From assembly GCA_000934665.2 (NCBI GenBank), contig KZ538661.1, forward strand, positions 1 through 55,415: a stretch of DNA of 55,415 nucleotides, given 5' to 3'. A model generated the notes under the pieces. That model searched no databases and was not told where the DNA came from. It saw nothing but the letters and a program-made list of their open reading frames with translations. This document shows, piece after piece, positions 38,927-50,154 of the stretch; position 1 is the stretch's first letter, and each line of letters begins with the position of its first letter. This stretch comes from Catajapyx aquilonaris. Its lineage: Eukaryota. Both the position numbers and the translations under genes were made by a program.

Positions 38927-40176
38927 TATTCCTCTTTGTTGATTTAATCCTCGGAAGTCAATTGGAATGTTATGCTGTTGCAATTAGATAATGCGAGCTG
39001 CAATCTGTCATCAAGGTGAAAGCAGTATATTATTGTAGATCATCAGAGTATCTGGCTATGAGGCCGAGCAGGTGCACGTCTCATTAACTGTATATGCGCC
39101 TGAAATACCAGCACAGTGTCAGTACAACTCAACAAATACCGCATGAAACCGATTCTCACCTTTGTCTACCATATCAGACAAGAGACAACATCATAGAACT
39201 CACTTGAATTGTTGAGGGCAGCTCTGTAGATATTCAGTGACTGACAACTTACAAGTGAGTCAACCTAGCTGACTCTGCAGGTGTTTTCTAGCCATTTGCG
39301 CATCTGGATGTTTCAAGTATACAGAGTGTGATGCTTATTCAAGCATACACAATCATTTTTATCATGCATAATATATACGGTACGTAAAGAGAGGACATGA
39401 AAAACACTACATACTGTACCTTTGTATATTTCCAAATAGATAGAAGAAATCTGGGATCTGGCATTGATATTCTGTTGTATATAGAGTATGTGGTGAAAGT
39501 GTATAGCCTAAGCTGCACCTTGCTGTTACACAATCATGCAACACCATCGATGAAATTGACCAACTAATGTGAACTGGGCACATCCTGTCAAGATAAAACC
39601 ATTAGTGCCATAATTTCATTAATAAATGCAAGTTATTATGCCTGAAACAAACCTCCTTTAAGGATGTGGTTCCAACTGGACTATTGACAAGTTATTCTGA
39701 AACGACGACGCGACGTCCAAACTGTAATTCTGGGCAACTCTTTCCTACTGGACCTTCGCCTTTCCTCCTGTATCCTGTCAGTTTCCAGTTGAAAAAGTGT
39801 AGTACGCCTCCTAATTAGCCTATCTTATCAGATCCCAATACCATATACCCAATACCCAATCCCAATAACTCTGCTGAAATTGTGCAATTGCCATCAATGT
39901 GATAAGAAATATGCAAATCCCTTGTCGGCCACAAATTCTGATGGCAATCTCCTGTCATAAACCAGCCTATAACGAATCAGCAATTAATAGCCCAAATACA
40001 CTTTGATGAGGCCCAGCATTGATGAAGTCCTTCAGTACGACTCGTATTTCCCGCACATTGCGCGCGGCCATGTGATGAGTCAATCTCCAGCTGGTGCGCG
40101 GCCAATGGGGAGGCCACACATGCCCGTTCCCGCCGAGGGAGACTGCGGCTGAGGGGTGGACGGTGGAAGGGAAAAG

Positions 40177-42382
40177 ATGGCCACGCTCATGAGGCTGCTG
40201 TGCCTGTGGGGCTCCCTCATCTTCCTCCTGGTGCTGGTGGTGCACGCTGGGTGAGTACATAAGGATGACCCACCGACTATCCACATGCTGTTGACCACTG
40301 GGGTGCTCAGTACAGCCACGTAGAATGAATGAGTGAAGGGGTTTGAATGTTTCAGACGTGACTTCTATGGGATCCTGGGTGTACCTCGAGGGGCAACCAC
40401 GCACCAGATCAAGAAGGCCTACAGGAAGATGGCCAAGGAGCTGCACCCGGATAAGAACAAGGATGATCCGCAGGCGGAGTCCAAGTTCCAGGACCTCAGC
40501 TCGGCTTATGAAGTGTTGTCCGATGCGGACAAGAGGGCAACCTACGATAGGTGCGGGGAGGATTGCCTCAAGAAGGACGGGTGGGGAGCACAGCATTCAG
40601 ACCCATTCGCATCCTTCTTCGGTGATTTTGGATTCCAGTTCTCCAGCGACAATGGAGGGAGGGGAGGGGGTGCCGGGGAGACACCCAGGGGAGCGGACAT
40701 TGTTATGGATGTCCCAGTCACGCTGGAGGAGCTCTACTCGGGTGACTTTGTGGAGCTGACCAGGAACAAGCCGGTGGTCAAGCCGGCCAAAGGAACCCGA
40801 CGGTGCAACTGCAGGCAGGTAGGCACTAATTTTTTGTGAGTCCTTGAAAACAGACAGCTTCATCTCATCTGCTTGGGTCAGCATTACTCGTGGTACATTA
40901 AGTCCTATTGAATGAAATAATCATCTTTACGTAACAAATATTTTCAAAAATTGAACCACCAGGACTCTCACGAGTAAAATAAAAAACACAATGAATAATT
41001 CAGAAAGTAGATTTCACCTGATGCAGGGCCAATGAGGCACGTTACATGACACCGCTTCGAGGCGGTTCGGAAAGGTGCGCAGCTTACAGAGCAGCATCTC
41101 GGGCATGTAACATGTGAAAATGCGTATCAACTGAACTACGCAGCCAGACAGCCGCATCCAGTTGAACAACCATTTACCTGCGCATCAAACCTTTTGATGC
41201 GCACCACTCACCTTTTAGAGGATTACTCCTGCCTTATCGCTCGACCCTTCTTTTCTCCAACTCCAAAATTTCCCAAATTACTGGTTTTCGAAGTGGGTGG
41301 GGATCAGCAGCGAGAGAGGGAGAAGGGGTCAGGGGGACTCCACTGCTTTCAGAGGTCAGACATGTAACACCTTGCCAAAGGAGCACCTTTCCGATTCGTA
41401 TTGAAATAGAAGCGACTCTACTGCCCATGTAATGCAGCTCAATGAAAAATTATTTCACGCCTTTTGCGTACATTTGAAAGACAGTTATGCAGCCAAAGAG
41501 AGAGCATGCATATCATTCCAACTGATTTCATTGCCTTTAAAATTTTCCAACGTCCTTGCTACCACATGTGTTGTATACAATGTTTCACTGCTTCTTTGTT
41601 CTGCAGGAGATGGTCACTCGTCAGCTGGGACCAGGACGCTTCCAGATGACCCAGCAGACAGTGTGTGATGAGTGCCCCAATGTGAAGCTAGTCAATGAGG
41701 AACGAACGTTGGAATTTGAGGTGGAACCTGGCATGGTTGATGGCCAGGAGCAGCGATTCATAGGTGAGGGTGAGCCACACATAGATGGCGAACCTGGCGA
41801 CCTTCGCATAAAAGTCCAGGCTGCACCACATCCTGTATTTGAGCGGAAGGATGATGACCTGTATGTGAACGTGACCATTAGCTTGGCAGATGCTCTGGCG
41901 GGCTTTCAGATGGAGCTTGTACATCTGGATGGTCACAAAGTTAAGATAGAGAGGGACAGAGTCACATGGCCTGGTGCCAGGCTCAGGAAAAAAGGAGAAG
42001 GGATGCCCAACTACCACAACAATAATCTGTATGGTACACTTTATATAACTTTTGATGTGGATTTCCCCAAGACTGAGTTCAGCACGGAGGAAAAAGAAGG
42101 TGAGATTATGGTTCATTCTCTTGGAGTGGTAGATTTATTGCCTAAATATTTATGCTCTTGTGGTTGTATAACTGCTTTATTCATGCAAATTTTAAAATAT
42201 TAGTGAAGAGTACTCTGCTGTTGAGTTCTCATTACCAGGATTCTCGGTGGTTGGGGCCGAAGGGTTAATGTACTGGTATATTAATAACTTGATGAACTAA
42301 GTCAAATACATTTTCAGCACTACGGAAGCTCTTGAATCAAGAGTCCATCAACCAAGTGTACAATGGACTAGGAGGCTTCTAA
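40177..42382 (+). CDS. DNAJB11: DnaJ homolog subfamily B member 11 (ERdj3), ER Hsp40 co-chaperone
   Basis: Exons 40177-40250, 40356-40818, 41607-42099 and 42318-42382. Signal peptide followed by GRDFY, a J-domain with [49 protein letters not shown] and C-terminal VYNGLGGF. Confidence 0.96.
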
Positions 42383-42884
42383 CAAGGAGGGACCAAAAGT
42401 GAAATGTGACTTTAAATTATTTGTCCAATGAACCCCAACCTATGGGAATGAGAAATGAAAGCCAAAGTGTTATGGAAGTGAACCTTGTAGTGGACTTGTG
42501 GATACTTTGTGACAGCAAGGTACTCTGCCCAGTATACAATTTTCATTCTAGTGATGTGTGTGCGTGGAAGAAATACTTGGATTAATTGCACCACTTTATT
42601 GTATCATATAAAAACACCAATGGTTGATTGTTTACACTCGTGGTTTTTTATGCTACATTTTCAGTTTAAATTTTGTTATTCCCGTGTATATTTTTAGAAT
42701 AACTTGCCATAATATTCATACATATTTTGTTTGGGTATGCAGACAGCAGGCAATGGGTTAATTGCACATTCTACATTGTAGTACTCGAAGAATATTGTGC
42801 CAACACCATTTTATTATGATATGGCAAAAGAGTGTAGACAAATTCTGGATCAGTACTGGTCAACTAAGACTGCTGGCAATGTGG

Positions 42885-44063
42885 TTATCCCCAGCCGTAG
42901 TGGTGTCCCCATCCACTTCCCCATCTGTTTCCCCAATACGGGTTGCCCCACCATGGTCTTGGGCGGTAGTAACCTGGTCCATAGTACATGTACCGGGCTC
43001 CCCGCTCAGGATGGCCCATTGAGCCATCAGGGGGGTACATGATATCTGAGGCAACGAAGGTGATGAAAAACAGGATCAGGAAACATGAAACCTTGAAAGA
43101 AATTTTTTTGTAAACAAGTGCTTCAATAATGTTCACACATTAACCTGAAACATGTTAGTGTTTGCTGAGACATGAATTTACTGGCAACGTCACTAATCTA
43201 AAGTGCAGAGTAACTTCTGTGTACAAAGTGGCTACAATGTGGAAGATAACTTAGATATTTTTCACAGACTTTCATGGGAATTGCACAGGCAGTTTTTTCA
43301 GACATAGCCTACTGTGTAAATGTCACTGTCTTGTAAGAATCACATCCTGTGCATTATGCTATATTGTGGTGAGAATTCTCACTAATGAGTTTGATGCCAC
43401 CTGATTGTTCCCCTCAAAGCCAAGAATTTCTGCACAATTTCTGAACAATAAGATGGGGTCAAACTCTGGCGATAATTCTCAATGCAATGAAGCATGAGGC
43501 TGCAGGGGACTAATTAATAGATGAGTGAAGGCACCGAATGCTGGTATTACCTTCTTGAAGTTAAGTGCATGAGAATGACAATATTTAGATGACTACAGGA
43601 GAAGACAGCAGTAATTTTTCAGCAATGATCTTTTAAATACTCCCATTTGTCCAAAACAATGCACAGAACGAGAGATTTTCCCCCCACTACTTGTTTACAA
43701 ATGAAGCCCTTCATGAGACATGTATGAGTATGATGGCTTACTAATTTTCATACAGTAACAATACTTGCAAACCTGGTGTGAGGATGTTATAGAGAATTTT
43801 AAAAGTGCATAAGACATGGAATGAACCCAAAATGCAATACAGGCATCAAGGGCCCCAAGAACTATTGTTGTGACTCCAACAGTTCTGTTTTTGAATTTGT
43901 ATGTAGTCAAAAGACTGGAGGTCATGAACTGACACAGCATGCATAAAAACTGTTGAGGAAGGCAATAACAAAAACAATCATCCAGAAAAATACGTGCATG
44001 ATCCCTTAAAGCACTCAAGACAAGAATCTGTTGGTTTGTCAGACTTACCTTTAAGCTCAGCAT
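42885..44063 (-). CDS. Small secreted Gly/Trp/Tyr-rich prepropeptide, 73 aa, unknown family
   Basis: Exon 1 44063-44049 (MLSLK, donor AAG|GTAAGT) spliced in phase 0 to exon 2 43091-42885 gives MLSLKVSCFLILFFITFVASDIMYPPDGSMGHPERGARYMYYGPGYYRPRPWWGNPYWGNRWGSGWGHHYGWG. TATAAAA lies upstream at 44114-44108. Confidence 0.75.
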
Positions 44064-44270
44064 GGTGAAAGTATCCAGTCCAGTTCACTGTCTTGGAGGC
44101 CACTAGATTTTATAGTCAGGCTTTCGAAAATGACTCACTTAATATTCCATTTGTGAGATAGCAGGAGTAAATGTGTTTTTCCCACAACTAAAGAGTAATT
44201 AGTGGCAAATGACCTCCTCGAGTATAAAAGGGACAGCATTAAGCTCTAGGAATTACTTTGAATCATCAAG
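44064..44270. promoter_or_regulatory. Compact bidirectional promoter with two outward-facing TATA boxes
   Basis: TATAAAA on the minus strand at 44114-44108 and on the plus strand at 44223-44229, each about 45-50 nt upstream of an ATG. An AP-1-type TGACTCA lies between them at about 44131-44137. Confidence 0.65.
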
Positions 44271-45637
44271 ATGACCCCTGTGCTGGTAAGTGTCTTATTT
44301 TGGTGCAAGTTGAAGGAAGTGTCAAGATTGTTTGTTATTTGCAGATTTTTACCTTGTTGGCAACTGCTGCCTGGGCAATCCCTGCCCCACAGCTGAACGG
44401 CTACAATGAGATCTACAGCAAGAATACAATTGACACGAGCCGTAACCCAGTCACCATGAGCGAGTCCTTCATCAAAAGTGGAGGTGCCAATTATGGTATG
44501 TGCGGAACCCTTACATGTAGCAGGGCTTGAAGTGTTCTTGAACTAAAAATGTTTCCTCAAGGTAAGCTTAAATGGGAGTATCCCTAGTGAATGCCACCAC
44601 ACACCGTGTCTGGAGAATTAAATCATAATTTCAAATGTCTAGGTATATTTGCAAAATATTGTACTTGCTGAGAGCCTGCCACTTAAAATCATATTTGTAA
44701 TACACAAGTTCTATTTTGTGTCTCAGAGAGTGTATGTTACATGATTTATGACATTTTAAGCATAAGAACATTCTTGAAATGTCGCTTCAAAATTGTGCAA
44801 ATGGTCTAACATTGTTGCATTTCAGCTCCAGCTGCTCATCTTTCCAACACAAACATTCAGCTGACTGCTGGGTCTCCTTCAATTGTTAAAACTGGTGACA
44901 CTTCCATGGCTTTGAGCAACGCTGCCAGCATGGACACTGGGACTGGAATGTCAACTAGTAATGTTATGCTGCATGAGGTTAGTGTCAATTACTGAGTGTT
45001 CAGAATTCGCAGATATATAACTGGAAAGTTTTGTGTTGAATTGCATATTTAATGTCATATTAATACAATAACCTAGGGCAATATACTGTACTATTTATGT
45101 AATATCTCCTAAGCACTATAGAACTGTTAAATGTTATAGGTTCCAGTAGTGCCTGTGGTGCGTGAAACATACCCAGCTGTCCATTTTGTTCGCGTACCAT
45201 CATCTCTGTCTTCGAGCTTACTTTCAAGCAGTAGCAGCAGCAGCGAAAGCTCTTACAAGAAAAGCTCAGAAGAGAAGAAAGGATACGCATATTCATCCTC
45301 AGCTGGACTTCCCGTCACTTATGGACTGGGATACAGCTCACTGGTCCTGAATCCAGTCCGAGTGTATGCAGTTCCATCGACTGGGGTTGAGTTTGTGAAA
45401 ACCGAAGGCATTTCTGGGCTTGATTTTGGAAAAGGAAGTCTTTCTGGGATTGGATTTGTGAGAAAAGAGGGTGTGACAGGGCTTGATTTTGGTACAGGAG
45501 GTGTTTCTGCACTTTCTTATGGTGGTGTTCGGGAAGGAGCTTCTACTAATTTTGGAGGGGTCAAGTACGTAGATTATTCTGGGCTGGGGTATGGCAAGGG
45601 TGGAGCTTCAGCTGTAGCAACTGCAATTGCTCATTAA
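44271..45637 (+). CDS. Secreted Gly/Ser-rich low-complexity protein, about 271 aa, possibly cuticular or structural
   Basis: Exons 44271-44285, 44345-44495, 44826-44977 and 45140-45637, phase-consistent, 816 nt. Signal peptide MTPVLIFTLLATAAWA-IPAPQ, a poly-Ser tract, and an internal repeat GVEFVKTEGISGLDFGKG / GIGFVRKEGVTGLDFGTG. AATAAA at about 45669. Confidence 0.8.
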
Positions 45638-45718
45638 ATTACATGATGATGTAATGTGCTTGTACGGAAATAAAGAATGAAAAACAACTTATAAGTCTGT
45701 TTCTACTATTTTTAGTCA

Positions 45719-45915
45719 GGTCTGTGGTGTAGTGTATATTGCCACACCCTTCCAACTCTTTAGGTCCTGAGTTTGATCCTGGAATCAGGCAGAGATCGCT
45801 TTCTCATGTGGAAAGAGTTTTGTTGGGTTCTCTCCATGCTAACGTGGGTTTTCTCGTTTTTTCAAATTGTAAAAATCCATCAGCAGCACAGCAATTGAAC
45901 AAAGACATGGGTTTA
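45719..45915 (+). mobile_element. Degenerate tRNA-derived SINE with V-domain-like core
   Basis: A box-like TGGTGTAGTG and B box-like GAGTTTGATCC, followed by GTTCTCTCCATGCTAACGTGGGTTTTCTC, similar to the 16491-16551 fragment. Boundaries are approximate. Confidence 0.5.
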
Positions 45916-46599
45916 AAAAGTGATCACCTAACAGGCCACAGATCTAGCATGAGGTAACCAATTATTATTATTGTTTTTCCTTCTACGATTCATTATTACA
46001 AAGAAACTAATAATGCTTCCTAAAATGCATACATCTGCAGCATATAACAAACACGTGTATATACCATGCTTCCATGCTTGTAATCCGAGGATCATTCTAG
46101 AAATTTGGTACAGCCCAGAATTGGCACAGCAAACTACAACTTAATGCAATCTGTTACGATGTTCACCAGTGTCATGTTGCTGCATAATGCTGCACATTTG
46201 ACACGGGGTGTGATTGTGTGATCAATTTTATAGAGAGAAAAAAATGTCACTTTTTAATTTGAGGCATACATTTCTCTTAACCAAACCTTGACAACAAAAA
46301 CATAGCTAATCGGCTGACCAAACTGGCTGGTATAAAGTGGGGTCATTTTTGTGCTCTTCTTCCCTTTGAATTTACTGGCATACCCAAAAATATAAATACA
46401 AAATAATGTTTTCAAATGCTCAAAATATTTTATGCAGACACCAATATGAGGCTAAAGAAATGAATCCATAGCACTAATAAACATTCTCATTTTATTTTCC
46501 TTTGCAGTCAGTGATTCACTTGCTGGAACATTACGTGAGATTTGTAGCGCAGACATTTATTATGCCTTTTCTGAACATTTTGGACCCTTTATGAAGCAC

Positions 46600-46850
46600 A
46601 CAGGTCCCAGGGCAGGAGTGATAGATAGGGAGGGAAGATGCAAGGTGCAGACGCAATTGTTTCATATGGACATTTTATGAGTTCCCCCCCCGTTGCGAGT
46701 GGTTAGTCTCATAGAATCCTACCCGAGATGGAGCCAGAAACTACCTCACTCTGCATGACATGAAGCAGGGAAAGCCCAGGCTTGGGATAGAAAGTGGGAC
46801 CCTTCCATCAGTGGGCATGTAAGTTTCTGCAGTACCACTCCGCCTCCCCT
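46600..46850 (-). mobile_element. Diverged copy of the SINE at 38368
   Basis: The minus strand begins GGGGAGGCGGAGTGG..., then GGTCCCACTTTCTATCCCAAGCCTGGG (compare GGTCCCAGGTTCGATCCCCGCCTGGG) and TATGAAACAATTGCGTCTGCACC (compare TATGAGACATTGTACCTGCACC). Boundaries are approximate. Confidence 0.5.
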
Positions 46851-47222
46851 CATTACATCATGTATGTTATGCATACTCCATAGACCTACATCATAAGGTC
46901 CTCCAAAACCAAAACAGTTACAGTACATGTTTTTCACACGAATCTTTACTGATGGTTGCAGGGACATCAGTTTTGCTGTAGGTAGGGATGCAAGCTAGTT
47001 TAGCCCTCAGATACTGGAGTGGTCTTTTATTATGAAAGTGATTTATAGCGGCTATTCCTGTATGGTGATGCTGATGGGGAAAGAGGGCATAGAACTAGGT
47101 GTGGTCTTCTTGATTTTACTGCTCAAAAAACTACGCACTTTTCGCACGTACAGCAAAGAGAAAACCCTGCTCTATACCAGACAACCCCACCTTCTCGGTC
47201 ACGCCCATGACACTCCTCGAAT

Positions 47223-47401
47223 ACGGTATGTAATTATTGAGGCACCAGCATTCGCTATTCCTCATCTTTTTCCAGGTGCAATTTCGGTGGTAGATAGCGG
47301 GTAGTCTGCCGTTGTTGGCTTGATCTTTCTTTCTTTCTGCAATGCACCATGAAAAAGATGGCGGATAGCAAACACTGGTGCCTCAGTAATTACACTACCG
47401 T
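47223..47401. repeat. Imperfect inverted repeat, probably an old MITE
   Basis: Arms of about 58 bp at 47223-47280 and 47344-47401 (ACGGTATGTAATTATTGAGGCACCAG... versus the reverse complement ACGGTAGTGTAATTACTGAGGCACCAG...). Confidence 0.7.
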
Positions 47402-47825
47402 CTCCATACTCCAAATAGAGGGAGGTGACAGGGAGATGTTCTCGGTGCACAGAAAATTCAAGGTTTGTTTTTTAGAACTCTCTGAAACTTTATTTTCTGA
47501 ACATTTCATCTGCATTGGATTGAATTTGTGGATACAAAACGCGTGGGTACCAACAACCCATTGTACAATTTCACAGCAAGTGTCTGTGAACGTGGGTGTG
47601 TGTGTGTGTATGTGTGGGGAAACATGAATGAGTGGCTTGTTGTTAAAAATTTCATGTTATTTTTGGGATATTAATCTTTGACACCATATGCCCATTAGTA
47701 TCCGAGGAACTGTTTCCTAGAAAGCCCATTTTCCAGGAGCAGAAGCCTCCAACATAAACAGCACTAAAAATCAGGTTTCTCTCAATTCTCCAATTCACTC
47801 ATAGTAACTGAATGAACTGATCACT

Positions 47826-49630
47826 TCACTGAGGCATGTTCTGCCTGGCAAGATGGGGATTGTACTGTGAGTTGTACTTCTTGACAATAGCTGGCTCTTC
47901 TTGCTCCGATTTCTTCTCCACTGGTTTCTCACCTTTCAGCCTCGCTAACAGCTGCTCAGCTCTTTTTCTCTCTTCTCGTTCTCGCAGTAACCTCTGCTGC
48001 CTTAGTTTTGCCAGGCTGTCATCTCGATCCTCGTCACTACTGCTGCTACTGCTACTATATCGCTTCTTTTTTGACTTCTTACTCTTCTTCTTCTTTGAAT
48101 GCTTCCTCTTATGCTTGGATTCCTTGCTTTTAATGTGCCTTGGGTACTGCAAGAATGGAAGATCAGGAAGTGATTTTGGAGCCGCTGTTGTCACTGGTTT
48201 GCTCTTCTCCTCTCCATGACAAAGTTCACGAAAGGTCTTCATTGGGTCCAGGAAGGTCTTTGACTTGAGGCCTACTTCTTTATCATCTTTTTCGTCAGAC
48301 TGTAACAACAATAACATTAAGAGCAAGATGAATATGTTCATCATGAGGTTTCCTTGTGTATGGGATAAGCAACGATGAAATATGAGTAGAAACCATATTA
48401 CAAGTAACACATTTCCCAAGCTCTTCAGAGATTCTCCGCAAATCATAAATAACTAATCCAAATGTAATGTTGTGAATACTTGCTGTCATGTGGCTCTTGT
48501 CTATGTGATACCCTAATCAGAAGAGTCACTATAGGAATCAAACCCATATCCTGAGTGAAAATTTGAAGCTTTATCTCATACACCTGACTCTTGCTTACCT
48601 TCAGACATCATGTTTAATCGTTAATCCAATGGATATATCTACTGTAATGGATTAACGATTAAGGCCATTTCACCAAAAAAATGTCGGGCGGCAAACGGCG
48701 CGACTTGCGGCAAATTTTTATTTATATTTATTGTTGCCAATTGTTGGCAACAATAAAATTTGCCGCAAGTCGCGCCGTTTGCCGCGCGACATTTTTTTTG
48801 TGAAATGGCCTTTAAACTAAATCAAACATGATGCCCACTGACTACACAATTCCTTTTCTAATGGGGTATCACACAGCCACTTCTTTTCACCAGTGAATTT
48901 ATGTTAACTGAAAGCAAACCAAAGATGCAAGGATGTAAATGGTCACCACATCCCACACCTTGTGGTCCTTCCATGGTTCCACAAGCCCACACCCAGCACT
49001 AATGCCAGCCACGTCTCTTCCAGCACAGTGACACTGACCTTATGTACTGTTTGGCGCCATTTCGGTGTTTGTTCCCACCAAGGCCTCTGTCCCTGGGATT
49101 CAAGCTCACTTTGCGCCAAGTATGTGAGGTATCCAATGCTCTTTTCATATTTTTCCTGCTCTGCCTTTTTTTCCTCTTCATGTTCCTTGTTGGTCCCTCC
49201 AGTCTGACGCTTGCCTTCTTCCAGTTCAGTAAACAGATTGACATGGGAAGGAGCTGCAACCACTTGGGAAGGCACCTGTGAAACCTCAGTGGAGGGCTCT
49301 GGACCAGCTTCAATGCCTTCTGCCTGAAGGCGCTGGCGTGATTTCTTTCTAAGAAGCTCAGTGCGGGCTTCTTGTTCCTAGAAAAACATCCAAATTATTA
49401 AGTGCTTACGCCAATTCTATGTCAACAAACGCACCGCTAGTAGAATCCTCCTCTGCTTCTCCTTCTCTTCTTCTGCTGCTTTGGCCTCATCCCTGCGGAC
49501 CCTGGCAATGTTCTCCTTGGTCCGGACATGCCACCTGCAGGAGCATTAGTAATCTGGTTCACACGTGTTTGCACGAGGCAAGCCTGCATCTAAAATATTG
49601 AACTTACCTCTTTTTGGGAAGAATATTCAT
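47826..49630 (-). CDS. LENG1: Leukocyte receptor cluster member 1 homolog (Cir_N-domain protein)
   Basis: Exons 49630-49608, 49534-49435, 49377-49039 and 48299-47826. N-terminus [25 protein letters not shown]...[12 protein letters not shown], then [18 protein letters not shown], a Lys/Ser-rich tract, LRQQRLLRE and C-terminal [11 protein letters not shown]. Confidence 0.92.
48662..48811. mobile_element. PIF/Harbinger-type palindromic MITE in LENG1 intron 3
   Basis: Near-perfect 150-bp foldback, AGGCCATTTCAC...GTGAAATGGCCT, with 3-bp TTA duplications at 48659-48661 and 48812-48814. Confidence 0.85.
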
Positions 49631-50154
49631 GATGGAACAGCTGCTGTTCTCACTAGTCCACCAAGAACACTTCTCCTCTACCTCTAGATAGTATCGATTA
49701 TCTGCTATCGAATCGAGATATTTTCCTCCTCCTTTTTCGTCGAAAACGTGGTCCAAAATTATGCACAAATTTTCAACGAATAAACCTTTCTCTTCTTGCA
49801 GGGTTGAAAAATAACGATCAATTTGCAAATAAATATTGTTACAACGGATGTGGAATTACATGTGCTCACATGTGTACAAGCATAGGTACATATTTATTGG
49901 TTGTCTAGGCTCCAGAGGGTTCAAATGAACCAATGAGAATAGATGTGTCGTGAGAAGCGTGCGCAGTGTAAACGACTTCGGAAGCGGAAGTGACCAGCCC
50001 AGTGGCGAATCTGACAATCTGTGGCAGACAAACAAAGGCCCGGGGCTGCAGCGGGGCTTGTGGTGGGAAAAGAATTTCGAGCATCATTGGCGACAGGTGT
50101 CAGATTCAGCCGGAGAAGTACTTGTTTTGTCATTGGGGAAAGCAAAGAAGGGCG
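49631..50154. promoter_or_regulatory. Shared head-to-head promoter region of LENG1 and FKBP6
   Basis: Only 524 bp separate the divergent ATGs. The region contains a DRE-like TATCGATT (about 49692) and tandem ETS-like CGGAAGCGGAAGT (about 49979-49991). Confidence 0.55.

Noticed and set aside
40102..40118. ER stress element upstream of DNAJB11
   Set aside because: CCAAT and CCACA are separated by 7 nt rather than the 9 nt of the canonical ERSE. Suggestive but not supportable.
39967..40596. 209-aa minus-strand ORF
   Set aside because: Antisense shadow of the GC-rich DNAJB11 exons, with no domain similarity.
41040..41432. Possible degenerate MITE in DNAJB11 intron 2 (GTTACATG/CATGTAAC and GGAAAGGTGC/GCACCTTTCC pairs)
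   Set aside because: Only short scattered inverted matches; no termini or TSD could be defined.
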